Below, one piece after another: positions 1 to 10,849 of a DNA stretch of 64,000 bases. The stretch comes from SAR202 cluster bacterium (GTDB taxonomy: Bacteria; Chloroflexota; Dehalococcoidia; Lucifugimonadales; VGZR01), in NCBI GenBank assembly GCA_016872515.1, contig VGZR01000001.1, positions 167,322 through 231,321 on the forward strand, in the 5' to 3' direction. Positions within the stretch are counted from its first letter, which is position 1. Each line of letters starts with the position of its first letter. Position numbers and translations under genes: made by a program. A model generated the notes under the pieces. That model did not search any database, was not told the DNA's origin, and saw nothing but the letters and a program-made list of their open reading frames with translations.

Positions 1-940
1 CCTGTCCCCGCGACTGCATCCAACCCACACGGTACGCCAGCAGCCGCCCCGCCTCGTTCGCCGTCCACAGCGCCGCCAGCTGCTGCCGCACGCGTTCGCC
101 TGCGTGGACGCGCCACCCGCCCAGGTCAGGCTCGTTGCACAGCCGCACCAACTCCTCCAGGCTTCGCCGGTTCGCCCCGAACCGCGCCACTCCGGACCGT
201 TCGAAGTCCAGGCTCGCCGCCCCCACGTACCAGCCCCGGTTGTCCTCGCCCACCAGCTCCTCCCGCAGCACCCGTACGTTATCGAAGAACACTTGGTTGA
301 AGTAGTGGACCCCGAACATGTTCAGGATGGGCCGCACTTCGATGCCTGGAGAGTGCATGTCCACCACGAACATGCTGATGCCTTTGTGCTTCGGCGCCTC
401 CGGGTCGGTCCGCGCCATCAGCCAGCAGTGCGTCGCCTTGTGCGCCCCGCTCGTCCATATCTTCGAGCCGTTGAGCACGTATCCGTCCCCGTCCCGCTTC
501 GCCCGGAGCTGCAGCGACGCCAGGTCCGACCCGGCCCCCGGCTCGCTGAACCCCTGGCAGAAGATGGCGGTGCCATCCGCGATCCGAGGCAGGTACGCCT
601 CCTTCTGCCGCTCTGTTCCGTACAGCATCAGCGTGGGTGCCACCAGGTCGCTGCCGATCATCATGTCCCGCGTCGGCGCCCGCGCGTAAGCCGTCTCCTC
701 ATTGAAGATGAGCTGGTCTATCTTCGAGCGGCCCTGCCCGCCAAACTCGGCCGGCCATGACAGCGTCAGCCAGCCCTTCGCCGCCAGCTTCGCCGTCAGC
801 GCCCGCACCGCCGGCCAGTGCTCCTCACGGAACTCCGCGTCCGGCTCTATCGCCTTCCATGCCTCCGACGCGTGCTCCGCTAGGAACGCCCGCACCTCCC
901 GCCGGAATGCTTCCTGTTCGGGGGTGAACTGGAAACGCAA
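1..940 (-). CDS. acyl-CoA dehydrogenase (5' part; 3' end runs off the window start)
   Basis: Absent from the ORF track because it has no stop in the window. Hand translation of the minus strand from TTG at 938-940 gives MRFQFTPEQEAFRREV...GFSEPGAGSDLASL...GSKIWTSGAHKATH. Plus-strand ORFs 104-947 are its antisense shadows. Confidence 0.8.
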   Translation of the reverse strand, partial: MRFQFTPEQEAFRREVRAFLAEHASEAWKAIEPDAEFREEHWPAVRALTAKLAAKGWLTLSWPAEFGGQGRSKIDQLIFNEETAYARAPTRDMMIGSDLVAPTLMLYGTERQKEAYLPRIADGTAIFCQGFSEPGAGSDLASLQLRAKRDGDGYVLNGSKIWTSGAHKATHCWLMARTDPEAPKHKGISMFVVDMHSPGIEVRPILNMFGVHYFNQVFFDNVRVLREELVGEDNRGWYVGAASLDFERSGVARFGANRRSLEELVRLCNEPDLGGWRVHAGERVRQQLAALWTANEAGRLLAYRVGWMQSRGQ

Positions 941-1049
941 TGTCTAGCTCTCCCACTGGTTTCGTATCCGCGTGAAAACACTAGCCCCGCACATGGACGA
1001 CATGCGCTCCACGTGCGGGGCTAGTGTGCTCATCTTCGGCCGGTCGGTC

Positions 1050-2387
1050 TTACAGCAGCCCCATCTCGCGGACCTCGGTCAGCGCCCTCTCGTAGGCCGT
1101 CACCGTATCCGCTATCTCCTTGTCCGAGTGCGCCGCGCCTACGATGAGGCGCGTGCCGCCGCCCATCGCGTCCACGCCGTGGTTCAGCAGGGCCAACTGG
1201 AGTTGGTGGTTCCGCTTGGCGTCCTGCGTCTTCTTGAACTGGTCTGGCGGCAGGATGCAGACTTCCTTGTTGCATTCGTGGTCGGCGCCGAGCCGTATGA
1301 ACAATAGGCCGCCGATGCCGCTCGCGCATCCGGGGATCTCCATCCGCCCCAGCAACTCGTTCAGCCCCTTTTTGATCTTGTTCGTGGCTGCGTCGCACTT
1401 TTCGTTCACCGGCGTCATCTTCAGCAACTCCAGCGCCTTGGCGCCGGCTGCCGCGGACAACGGGTTCCCGTTGTACGTCCCGGGGTGTGACACCCTGCGG
1501 TTCCGGTCGTAGTCCGGGTCGTTGTGGAACTCGATCTGGTTGATGATGTCCGCGCGTCCGGCCACGGCCCCGCCCGGAAGCCCGCCGCCCAAAATCTTGG
1601 CCAGCGTCGTCAGGTCGGGCGTGACCCCGTAGTACCCCTGCGCCCCGCCTTTGGAGATGCGAAACCCCGTCACCACCTCGTCGAAGATAAGGACGATGCC
1701 GTGTTTCTTCGTCGTCTCCCGCAGCTCGCTCAAGAAAGAGGGCTTGATCGGCTCCATGCCCATATGCGCGCCCGTCGGCTCCAGGATGATGGCCGCAACG
1801 TCCTTGTTCTCCTTCAGCGTCTTCTCGACGACGCCGATGTCGTTCGGCGGAAGGACGATCATCGTCGCCAGACTCTCCTTCGGGATGCCGCCCAGGCCTG
1901 TGCCGCCGGCCAGCGCGTAGTCGCTCCAGCCGTGGAAGTGGCCCGTGAACTTGATGATCTTCGTCTTGCCCGTGAAGGCCCGCACCAGCCGCAGCGCCAT
2001 CATCACCGCCTCGGTGCCCGAGCTGTGGAACCGTACTTTCTCGGCGGACGGGATGAGGTCCACCGCCAGTTTGCCCCACTTGATCTCCGCCTCGGTGGAC
2101 TGCCCAAGGTGTGTCCCCTTCGCGACGGCGTCCTGCACCGCCTTCACGATCTCCGGGTGCGAGTGGCCCAGAATCAGCGAGCCGTGCCCCGTCTTGTAGT
2201 CGATGAGCTTGTGGCCATCCACGTCCCACTTGTGCGGCCCCATCGCGTGGGTCACGTACAGCGGGAACGGCTGGAGGCGGCGCGCATCGTGCGTCACGCC
2301 GTCCGGGAAGATGTTCTTCGCCTGGTTGAACCGCTCCTGCGACTTGGGGTGCAGTTTGATATACCGTTCCTCGATGGGGGTGGGCAT
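1050..2387 (-). CDS. class-III PLP aminotransferase, glutamate-1-semialdehyde aminomutase-like
   Basis: 445 aa ORF with FHSSGTEAVMMALRLVRAFTG, IFDEVVTGFR and GTYNGNPLSAAAG motifs. Confidence 0.85.
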   Translation of the reverse strand: MPTPIEERYIKLHPKSQERFNQAKNIFPDGVTHDARRLQPFPLYVTHAMGPHKWDVDGHKLIDYKTGHGSLILGHSHPEIVKAVQDAVAKGTHLGQSTEAEIKWGKLAVDLIPSAEKVRFHSSGTEAVMMALRLVRAFTGKTKIIKFTGHFHGWSDYALAGGTGLGGIPKESLATMIVLPPNDIGVVEKTLKENKDVAAIILEPTGAHMGMEPIKPSFLSELRETTKKHGIVLIFDEVVTGFRISKGGAQGYYGVTPDLTTLAKILGGGLPGGAVAGRADIINQIEFHNDPDYDRNRRVSHPGTYNGNPLSAAAGAKALELLKMTPVNEKCDAATNKIKKGLNELLGRMEIPGCASGIGGLLFIRLGADHECNKEVCILPPDQFKKTQDAKRNHQLQLALLNHGVDAMGGGTRLIVGAAHSDKEIADTVTAYERALTEVREMGLL

Positions 2388-2645
2388 GACTCCTCCTCTC
2401 GCTCTCGCTTCAACGGAATCCGCCCCTGGCGGTCACCCCGCCGGAGCGCACCGCGCCATTATAGCCGCTGACTTTGCCCCTGCCAACCAGCCAGCCTTGC
2501 TATTGGATGAGCTTGGAGTGTTACCTCTCTCCTTGTGAGCGAGGGCGTTGCCCAGACGCCGTCGGTGCAACGGGTTACGAGGGGAATGTTCTCCTGGTCT
2601 CCGATGCCCGTACAATATGCCCACTGTCATCTAGAGGAGAACGAC

Positions 2646-3045
2646 ATGCAAAAGTCAGAACCCCTTGCAGACATCATCGCCGGCTGGTTCAAAGCCGCCA
2701 GTAGGGGGAGACGCCACCTACGCGGACAAACATCTCTCGAAGCGCTCCACCATGCTGCTCGTCGGCACCGACCCTGAGGAGTGGATTCGGGGCAAGGCCG
2801 CAGCCAAGTTCCTGATGAACGAGGCCAGAGCCTCGGGCGGGAAAGTCAAAGTCAGCGTCGGCAAGGTCGAGGCCTACATGGAAGGCTCCGTTGGATGGGG
2901 CATCGCCAATCCAACCATCACCTTACCCAACGGCAAGAAGTTCCAGCCCCGCTGGAGCGCCGTCTTCCACAAAGAAAGAGGCAAGTGGAAGATTATCCAG
3001 ATCCACGCGTCCGTCGGCGTCCCCAACGAGCAGATCCTGGCCTAA
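2646..3045 (+). pseudogene. SnoaL-like/NTF2-fold protein interrupted by a +1 frameshift
   Basis: ATG 2646 has an AGGAG SD and reads MQKSEPLADIIAGWFKAAS. The family-typical continuation GDATYADKHLSKRSTMLLVGTDPEEWIRGK lies in the +1 frame (ORF 2665-3045). A G5 run at 2704-2708 is the likely indel site. Confidence 0.6.
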
Positions 3046-3072
3046 GATGGCCTTGTGCGACGGCGCCTTGCC

Positions 3073-3888
3073 TTATCCGAAGAGAGGATAGCCGTTAGGT
3101 CCTCCTCCCCCTTGAGGGGGGAGGACCTTTGGGCCGACCAGTCGGCCGAAAGGGGTGGGGGTGAATCCACATCCTGCGGGCAGAGTGTTTTTCTGCCACG
3201 CTAGCCCCACCGCCTTCGTCAGGAACTCCATGAACGGCGATGCCGTCCGGCACGCCGCCGCGTACTGCTCCATGAACTCGTCCGAGCACGCATCACCCAT
3301 GCCGAACTCCACCGTTGTCACGAAGTCCTTCCGCTTGAGGTCCTCGATGAAGGGATGGTTCGGGTCGAACCCCTTGGGTGACCGCGACACCGACTCGCCC
3401 CAGAACGAGTGCGCCGCCTTGAACGCTCGGCCCGAGATGGCCTTCTTCCACACCTCCGGCTTGGCCGCTATGGCCTCGCGGATGCGCAGCAGGGTAGGGC
3501 CGTCCGGCTGCCAGATGCCCGTCCCGCACATCACGTTCATCGGCTCCAGGTGGAGGTAGAATCCAGGCGTGTGCACGTCCCCCGTCGCATCGTGGCGGAA
3601 GTGCGCCGCCGCGTGCGTCTTATAGGGAGTCTTGTCCTTGGCGAACCGCGTGTCGCGGTAGATGCGGAACATCGAGCCGCCCACCGGCCTCGGGTCCGCC
3701 ACGAAGTGAGGGCTGATCTTCCTCAGCGGCCCCTGGAAGTCCTCGATGAACGCCAGCAGCGGCTGCTTCACGTCCCGCTCATACCGTTCCTTATTCGCGT
3801 TGAACCACGTCCGGTCGTTATTCATCGCCAGCTCCGCCAGGAACTGGAACAACTCTTTCCCGAAATACACCCTCTTTGCCATGGTCAT
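3073..3888 (-). CDS. DUF2461 (TIGR02453) family protein with repeat-encoded C-terminal tail
   Basis: MTMAKRVYFGKELFQFL...FRIYRDTRFAKDKTPYKTH. The start ATG at 3886-3888 overlaps the thiolase stop (ATGA). The last 30-35 codons read through repeat 3098-3168. Confidence 0.8.
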   Translation of the reverse strand: MTMAKRVYFGKELFQFLAELAMNNDRTWFNANKERYERDVKQPLLAFIEDFQGPLRKISPHFVADPRPVGGSMFRIYRDTRFAKDKTPYKTHAAAHFRHDATGDVHTPGFYLHLEPMNVMCGTGIWQPDGPTLLRIREAIAAKPEVWKKAISGRAFKAAHSFWGESVSRSPKGFDPNHPFIEDLKRKDFVTTVEFGMGDACSDEFMEQYAAACRTASPFMEFLTKAVGLAWQKNTLPAGCGFTPTPFGRLVGPKVLPPQGGGGPNGYPLFG

Positions 3889-5069
3889 CCTCGCTCGAAG
3901 ATCGTCGCCACGCCTTGGCCGCCGCCCACGCACATCGTGACCAAACCCGTGTTCAGGCCGCGTCGCTCCATCTCCTCCATCAGCTTCACCACCATGATGG
4001 CGCCCGTCGCCCCGACGGGATGGCCCAGACTGATGCCGCTCCCGTTCACGTTCGTCTTCTCCATGTCCAGGTCGAGCTGCCGGATGCACGCCAGCGCCTG
4101 CGCCGCGAACGCCTCGTTCAACTCGATGAGGTCGATGTCCTCGATAGTCATCCCTGCCTTCTGCAGCGCCATCCGCGTCGCCGGCACCGGCCCGATGCCC
4201 ATGTAGGCCGGGTCCACGCCCGCGACGGCCCGGGCCCGCCACCGCAGCCGCGGCCTGATGCCTAACTCCTTCGCCTTCTCCTCCGACATGATGACCACCG
4301 CCGCCGCACCGTCGTTGATGGTCGAGGCGTTGCCCGCCGTCACCGTGCCCCCCTCCTTGAACACCGGCGGCAGCTGCGCCAGCCGCTCCAGCGTCGTGTC
4401 CCCGCGCGGCCCCTCGTCCGCCGACACCGCCACCGGCGGCCCTTTGCGCTGCGCCACCTGCACCGGCACGGTCTGGCCCGCGAACCGGCCCTCCTTCATC
4501 GCCACCGAAGCCCGTTGCTGGCTCAGCAGCGCCAGCTCGTCCTGGTCATGCCTGCTCACCTCATACCGCGCCGCCACGTTCTCCGCCGTCACCCCCATGT
4601 GGTAGCGGTTCACGGGACACCCCAACCCCTGCACCAGCCCGTCCGCCAGCGCCGCATCGCCCAACCGCAGCCCGTCGAACCGCGCCTTGTAGTCGAGCAC
4701 GAACGGCGTCTGGCTCATGTTCTCCGTCCCGCCGGCCACCAAGATGTCCGCCTCACCCGTCTGCACCAGCATCGCCGCGAAGTTGATGGCCTCCAGCCCC
4801 GACGAGCACTGCCGGTTGATAGCCACCGTCGGCACCGACTCCGGGATGCCCGCCCGCAGCGCCGCCCGGCGCGCCGCATACCCCGCCTCCGTCGCCTGGA
4901 GCGCGTTTCCCAGCACCACCTCGCCCACCGCCTCCCCAGTGATCTGCGCCCGCTCCATCGCCGCCCGCAGGGCCACCGCACTCAACTCCGCAGCCGACAC
5001 GTCTTTGAACGCGCCCCCGAACCGGCCCACCGGCGTTCTCGCCCCGCCTACGATCACTGCGTCGCGCAT
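3885..5069 (-). CDS. acetyl-CoA C-acetyltransferase (thiolase)
   Basis: MRDAVIVGGARTPVGRFGG, NRQCSSGLEA, NEAFAAQ, GHPVGATG and CVGGGQG motifs. ATG at 5067-5069 is preceded by AAGGAGGG. Confidence 0.9.
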   Translation of the reverse strand: MRDAVIVGGARTPVGRFGGAFKDVSAAELSAVALRAAMERAQITGEAVGEVVLGNALQATEAGYAARRAALRAGIPESVPTVAINRQCSSGLEAINFAAMLVQTGEADILVAGGTENMSQTPFVLDYKARFDGLRLGDAALADGLVQGLGCPVNRYHMGVTAENVAARYEVSRHDQDELALLSQQRASVAMKEGRFAGQTVPVQVAQRKGPPVAVSADEGPRGDTTLERLAQLPPVFKEGGTVTAGNASTINDGAAAVVIMSEEKAKELGIRPRLRWRARAVAGVDPAYMGIGPVPATRMALQKAGMTIEDIDLIELNEAFAAQALACIRQLDLDMEKTNVNGSGISLGHPVGATGAIMVVKLMEEMERRGLNTGLVTMCVGGGQGVATIFERG

Positions 5070-5221
5070 AGCTCCCTCCTTCGTCAGCCCGCCGTCAGGC
5101 CTCGCGGCCCCACAGACGCGCCGATTGTAACACATGCGCCAACTCCGCACTCCGCCTTCCGCCGCGGCCCATCCGCCTTCCCAGACCTTCAGCCCATCCG
5201 TTGGAATCAGTCCAAAAACCC

Positions 5222-5250
5222 TTGACACCCAAAGGGGGGTGTGATAGTTT
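5222..5250 (+). promoter_or_regulatory. sigma-70-like promoter candidate upstream of the small membrane protein and act genes
   Basis: TTGACA (5222-5227), 17 nt spacer, TAGTTT (5245-5250). Confidence 0.4.
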
Positions 5251-5348
5251 TCGACAGTCCTACTGGCTCGGTGCCCTGGGTATCTGACCATCCTTGCGTG
5301 AGGCCGTCCGTGGATCCGAACGCGCTCACACCTGCTGAATGGAAAGAG

Positions 5349-5600
5349 ATGGGCCACCTACTTTCCACCCTGTGGGGAGTGGTGGCCCTGATAGTGTTCT
5401 TCGCGGCCAACCTCCTCATCGGCCATGTCTGGATACCTTCATTCGTCCAGTCTGGGCACCTGCCTGCGAACCTGAGCAAGGTGCGCCCCATGTTCTACTT
5501 CGCCGCCATCGCCTCCTTCGGCGGGGCGATATTCCTTCTCTCCAAGGTGGCCGACTTCGCGGGTGTTCTGAGGCCCATCTTTGATCGGTTCTGGATATAG
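5349..5600 (+). CDS. small two-TM membrane protein upstream of the ACIII genes
   Basis: Internal ATG 5349 of ORF 5241-5600 with a GGAAAGAG SD. Two hydrophobic segments (LWGVVALIVFFAANLLIG, MFYFAAIASFGGAIFLL). No family recognised. Confidence 0.4.
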   Translation: MGHLLSTLWGVVALIVFFAANLLIGHVWIPSFVQSGHLPANLSKVRPMFYFAAIASFGGAIFLLSKVADFAGVLRPIFDRFWI

Positions 5601-5649
5601 GCGCCGCCGGGGCCGCGAAATAACCAGCGATTAGACAAGGCAAACAGAC

Positions 5650-6258
5650 TTGCTCCAAGGGGACTTTCAACCTAAGAAGCCGACCAGAAAGCAGCTTATC
5701 AAGCTGAGCATCTTCGGCCTCATCGGCCTAGTTCCGCTGACGGCCCTGGTCTTCTTCTTTATGTTCCTGTTCTCCGCCTGGCTCGGAAAGCCCATGGCCG
5801 TCTTCGGCTACGACGAAGGCCCGACGCAGCCTATCGCCTTCCCCCACACCCGCCACGTCCAGGAGCTTGGCCTCGACTGCACCTTCTGCCACCGCAATGT
5901 CACTAAAGGCGCCGCGGCCACTATCCCGCCTGTCGGCCTCTGCATGACCTGCCACAAAGTCGTGGGCGAAGGCCTCCCCGAAGTCGAAAAACTCCAGGCC
6001 ATCTACGACTCTGGCAAGCCGATCGACTGGGTCCGTGTCCACCGCGTCCCCGACCACGTCCACTTCAACCACCAGGCCCACATCTTGTTCTTTAGCCAGC
6101 GCGACGCTATCGCGCCGTCACAGGTCTGTGCCACCTGTCATGGCGATGTTGGTGGCATGGTGAAGGTCAAACAGGCGCGGTACCTCAAGATGGCCGACTG
6201 CGTGAACTGCCACCGCGACAACGGCGCACCCACCGACTGTGTGACGTGCCACTACTAG
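5650..6258 (+). CDS. actA: Alternative Complex III subunit ActA, pentahaem cytochrome c
   Basis: N-terminal TM segment and five CXXCH motifs (CTFCH, CMTCH, CATCH, CVNCH, CVTCH). First gene of the act-like cluster. Confidence 0.8.
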   Translation: MLQGDFQPKKPTRKQLIKLSIFGLIGLVPLTALVFFFMFLFSAWLGKPMAVFGYDEGPTQPIAFPHTRHVQELGLDCTFCHRNVTKGAAATIPPVGLCMTCHKVVGEGLPEVEKLQAIYDSGKPIDWVRVHRVPDHVHFNHQAHILFFSQRDAIAPSQVCATCHGDVGGMVKVKQARYLKMADCVNCHRDNGAPTDCVTCHY

Positions 6259-6262
6259 AAAC

Positions 6263-8533
6263 ATGAAACTTACACGGCGACAATTCCTAGGGTTGGTGGG
6301 CGGAGGCGGCGCCGCGGCCGTCATCTTTCAGGCCTGCGGTGTCCCCGAAGCCGAACTCTTCGTCGAGTCCACCAACCAGATACCTGAAGACCTCGTCTCC
6401 GGCCTCGACAACTGGTACGCCACCTTGTGCCGCCAGTGCCCTTCCACCGAGGGCATCGTCGTCCGCGTCATGGAAGGCCGCGCCAAGAAGGTCGAAGGCA
6501 ATGTTGACTTCCCTGTCAACCAGGGCAAACACAGCGCCCGCTGCGAGGCCGGCCTCCAGGCCCTCTACCATCCCGACCGCATAGCCGGCCCCCTCGTTCG
6601 CACCGGCGAGCGTGGCGGCGGCCAGTGGGAAGAGGTCAGCTGGCCCGACGCCCTCGGCCGCTTGGCTCAGCAGCTGCGCGGCCTCCGCGACCCTGCGGCG
6701 CTCGTCATGGTCACCTCGCCTGAGAACTCCTACTCCGGTCTCGTCGCCGACCGCTTTGTCACCCGCTTCGGAGGACAGCGCCTCCGCTATGAGACCTTGG
6801 AGTCCACCAATGTTCGCCGTGCCGTCAAGCTCGTGTACGGCCAGGACAGGATGCCCGACTTCGACATCGAAAACTCGGCCTACATCCTCTCCTTCGGCGC
6901 CGACTTCCTCAATACCTGGGGTTCGCCCGTCCGCCACGCGCGCGGATACGGCCAGTTCCGTCAGGGCGACCGTGAACGCGGCACCCACGTCCACGTGGAC
7001 AGCCGTTTCTCCATGACCGGCGCAAGCGCCGATGAGATCTTCTTCGTCAAACCAGGCCGCGAGGGCCTCCTTGCCCTCAGCATCGCCTCCGTCATTATCG
7101 AGGATGGCATGGGCAACACGGCCGCGGCTGATGCTCTCACCGACGGCGGCCGCATAGACATGGGCCGGTTCGCCCCAGACCGCGTCGCCGATGCCGTCGG
7201 CGTCAGCGCCGACCGCATCCACTCCCTTGCCCACGAGTTTGCTGAACATCGCCCCGGCATCGCCATCGGTGGCGGCTCCGCTGCGGCCCACACCAACGGC
7301 CTCTTCAATATGATTGCCATTTACTCTCTCAACCACCTCGTCAACGCCGTCGGCGTTCCCGGTGGCGTTATGTTCAACCCACAGCCGCCCATCCGTGACC
7401 TGCCCGCAGTATCCACCGTGAGCAGCTTCGCCGACTGGCAGAAACTTGCGGGTCAGATGCGCAATGGCGGAGTTGGCGTCCTCATGGTCCGCGACGCCGA
7501 CCCGATGTATGGCCTCCCCGGCGCCACCGGCTTCCGCGACGCCAGCTTCAACGTCCCTGTCATCGTCAGTTTCTCCAACCGCATGGACGACACCACTGCC
7601 TTGGCCGATATCGTCCTGCCCGAGCACAGCTACCTTGAGGACTGGGACATCGCGGTCCCCGACCACGGCCCCGGCTACCAGACCGTCGGCTTCCAGCAGC
7701 CCGTCATCCGGCCCTTCTTCGAGTCGCGCGGCGCTCACCTAGGTACCAGAAGCTTCGCCGATGCCATCATGACTCTGGCCGCAGATCTTGGCCTTGACCT
7801 CGGCCTGCCCGCGACATTCGCCGAGATGCTCCAGGACGGCGCAGCCCAACTCCACGGAGAGGGCCGCGGCTCCGTCACCGCCACCGACTTCCGCGCCTTC
7901 TGGAACGGCGCGCTGCAGCGTGGCGGCTGGTGGGACGCCAACGCGCGCTCGGCCGAAGCCGCCGTTAGACCTCCAGCCCTTCCGGCCCAGGAGGAAGCCC
8001 CTCAGTTCGACGGTAGCGGCACCTTCCATCTGATCCCCTTCGCCTCCGCCTCCCTCATGGATGGCCGGGGCGCGTCCCTCCCCTGGCTCCAGGCCACCCC
8101 CGACCCCATCTCCTCTGCCACTTGGCGCACCTGGGTCGAGATCAACGCTAAGGTCGCCGAGGAGATGGACATCCGCGAGGGCGACCTCGTCCGCATCGTC
8201 TCCTCCTTCGGCAACCCGGATGCCTCCAGCGCCGAAGGTATCGAAGCCCTGGCCTACCCTCACCCGGGTGTGCCGCCCGACGTGGTCTGCGTCCCCCTGG
8301 GGCAAGGCCACCGCGGTGGTACCCGTTACGAGAAAGGCCGCGGCTCCAATATCATGTCCATCCTGGCCCCGCGCGCCGACACCCAGACCGGCGCCCTCGC
8401 ATGGGCCGCCACGCGCGTCAGCATCCAGAAGACCGGCGGCTGGGTCCGCCTGCCCAAGTTCGAGAACACCGTTCCCGACTTCCCGCGCGACGAGGAACAG
8501 GAGGTCATCAAGATTACCCCAACCGACACATAG
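6263..8533 (+). CDS. actB1: ACIII subunit ActB1, molybdopterin-oxidoreductase-like domain with Tat signal
   Basis: MKLTRRQFLGLVGGGGAAAV twin-arginine signal on a 756 aa molybdopterin-oxidoreductase-like ORF. It is followed by an FeS subunit and NrfD-like subunits. Confidence 0.8.
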   Translation: MKLTRRQFLGLVGGGGAAAVIFQACGVPEAELFVESTNQIPEDLVSGLDNWYATLCRQCPSTEGIVVRVMEGRAKKVEGNVDFPVNQGKHSARCEAGLQALYHPDRIAGPLVRTGERGGGQWEEVSWPDALGRLAQQLRGLRDPAALVMVTSPENSYSGLVADRFVTRFGGQRLRYETLESTNVRRAVKLVYGQDRMPDFDIENSAYILSFGADFLNTWGSPVRHARGYGQFRQGDRERGTHVHVDSRFSMTGASADEIFFVKPGREGLLALSIASVIIEDGMGNTAAADALTDGGRIDMGRFAPDRVADAVGVSADRIHSLAHEFAEHRPGIAIGGGSAAAHTNGLFNMIAIYSLNHLVNAVGVPGGVMFNPQPPIRDLPAVSTVSSFADWQKLAGQMRNGGVGVLMVRDADPMYGLPGATGFRDASFNVPVIVSFSNRMDDTTALADIVLPEHSYLEDWDIAVPDHGPGYQTVGFQQPVIRPFFESRGAHLGTRSFADAIMTLAADLGLDLGLPATFAEMLQDGAAQLHGEGRGSVTATDFRAFWNGALQRGGWWDANARSAEAAVRPPALPAQEEAPQFDGSGTFHLIPFASASLMDGRGASLPWLQATPDPISSATWRTWVEINAKVAEEMDIREGDLVRIVSSFGNPDASSAEGIEALAYPHPGVPPDVVCVPLGQGHRGGTRYEKGRGSNIMSILAPRADTQTGALAWAATRVSIQKTGGWVRLPKFENTVPDFPRDEEQEVIKITPTDT

Positions 8534-8539
8534 ACAGGG

Positions 8540-8627
8540 CAGGGGTAGGGAAACCTCCTCTCCCCTTGCGGGGGGAGGACCTTCGGGCCGATTTGGTCGG
8601 CCCGAAGTGGTAGGGGTGAGTCTCACC
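8540..8627. repeat. mosaic repeat, A-B-T unit between actB1 and actB2
   Basis: CCTCCTCTCCCC-TTGC-GGGGGGAGGACC, then CTTCGGGCCGA-TTTG-GTCGGCCCGAAG, then GGTAGGGGTGA. Confidence 0.85.
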
Positions 8628-8679
8628 GGGCTGTCCCGATTCACGCGAAACGATGGTTGAGATGACGAGGACATAACAC

Positions 8680-9433
<754 letters not shown>

Positions 9434-9441
<8 letters not shown>

Positions 9442-10834
9442 CAACGGCCACAGCGCCCACGAGGGCCAGGCCGCGCTGGCGACGGCCGCAGCCGTCCAGC
9501 AAAACCTGCAGCAGCGGCATGAGAAGTCCGGGAACATGTTCCGGCTGGCCGTGCTGTTTTCTGCTGGCCTCCTCGTCCTCGGCGTCATCGGCTTCATCCT
9601 CCGGATAGCCGACGGCGTCTCCGACACCGCGATGTGGGGTTACTACGCCGCCGCCTTCGCCTTCGTTCTCAGCACAGCCGTGGCCGCGCCCATGGTCGCC
9701 ATCGCCCCGCGCATCGCCAAGGCCCACTGGCGCCGCCCCATCTCCCGCATCGCCGAACTATTCGGCATCGTCGGCATCTTCAACCTCCTCCTGTTCATCC
9801 CGCTCATCTGGGTGCTGCCGCCGCTGGACAACGGCCGCCGGACCCTGTGGTTCTTCGATATGGTGGGGGAGCCAGTACCGAACTACTCGCCCCATATCTG
9901 GGCCACCCTCGCCATCCTCGCCCTCGCTGCCGTCGGCGTCATGCTCTTGTGGGTCTCGGCGCTGCCCGACTTCGCCGCCCTTCGCGACCGCACCACCGGC
10001 CGCAAGCAGAAGATGTACGCCTGGCTCGCCCGCGGCTGGTACGGCACTACCCAGCAATGGCACATGCAAAAGCACCGGCTGGGCATCCTCGGTGCCTTCT
10101 ATTTCATGATGTTCATCTTCGTCCACTTCCTCATCACTGTGGACTTCCTCATGGCCCTCGTCCCCGGCTGGATAGATGCCCTCTATCCCGTCACCCACGC
10201 CGCCAGCGCCCTCCAGGCCGGCGCAGCCTCCGTCATCATCGTCATGGTCATCCTCCGTCAGTGGGGCGGCTACAAGGAGTACATCGGCCTCGACCAGTTC
10301 TGGGGCCTCGGCAAGCTCCTCTTCGCCCTCTCCCTTCTGTGGATCTGGTTCTGGTTCTCCAGCTTCAACATCTTCTGGTTCGGCAGGAAGCCGAACGAGA
10401 TTTCTGTGCTGGAGCTGTTCATCAAAGGCCCCTACCTACCTCTCTTCTACGCCGTCTTCGTCTTGAGCTTTGCATTCCCGCTCTTCTTCATGATTTGGAA
10501 CCCCATCCGCAAGAGCATCTGGGGGCCGACCGTTCTCGCTGTCGGTGTGCTCATAGGCATCTTCCTTGATCGCATTAGGATGTACGTCGCTGGCTACTCC
10601 GTTGCCGACCAGTCCCCGCTCCACGCGATGGACCACGTTCCGGTAGCCAACAAGCCCGACATCGCCGACATCTTCATCCTTTTCGGCGCCATCGGCGGCT
10701 CCATCTTGATTTACCTGCTGGCCAGCCGCCTTATCCCCATCGTCAGCATCTGGGAGCAGAAAGAACTGCTCCTGTATAAACTCCACAAGCCCTTCCACCG
10801 CACCCACGTCAGGGTGATGGGCAAGCCCGATTAG
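9434..10834 (+). CDS. actC: ACIII subunit ActC, NrfD/PsrC-like polytopic membrane protein
   Basis: 466 aa multi-TM ORF. It overlaps the end of actB2 by 8 nt. Assigned by position in the cluster. Confidence 0.75.
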
Positions 10835-10849
10835 CATGGCAGGGAAGAC

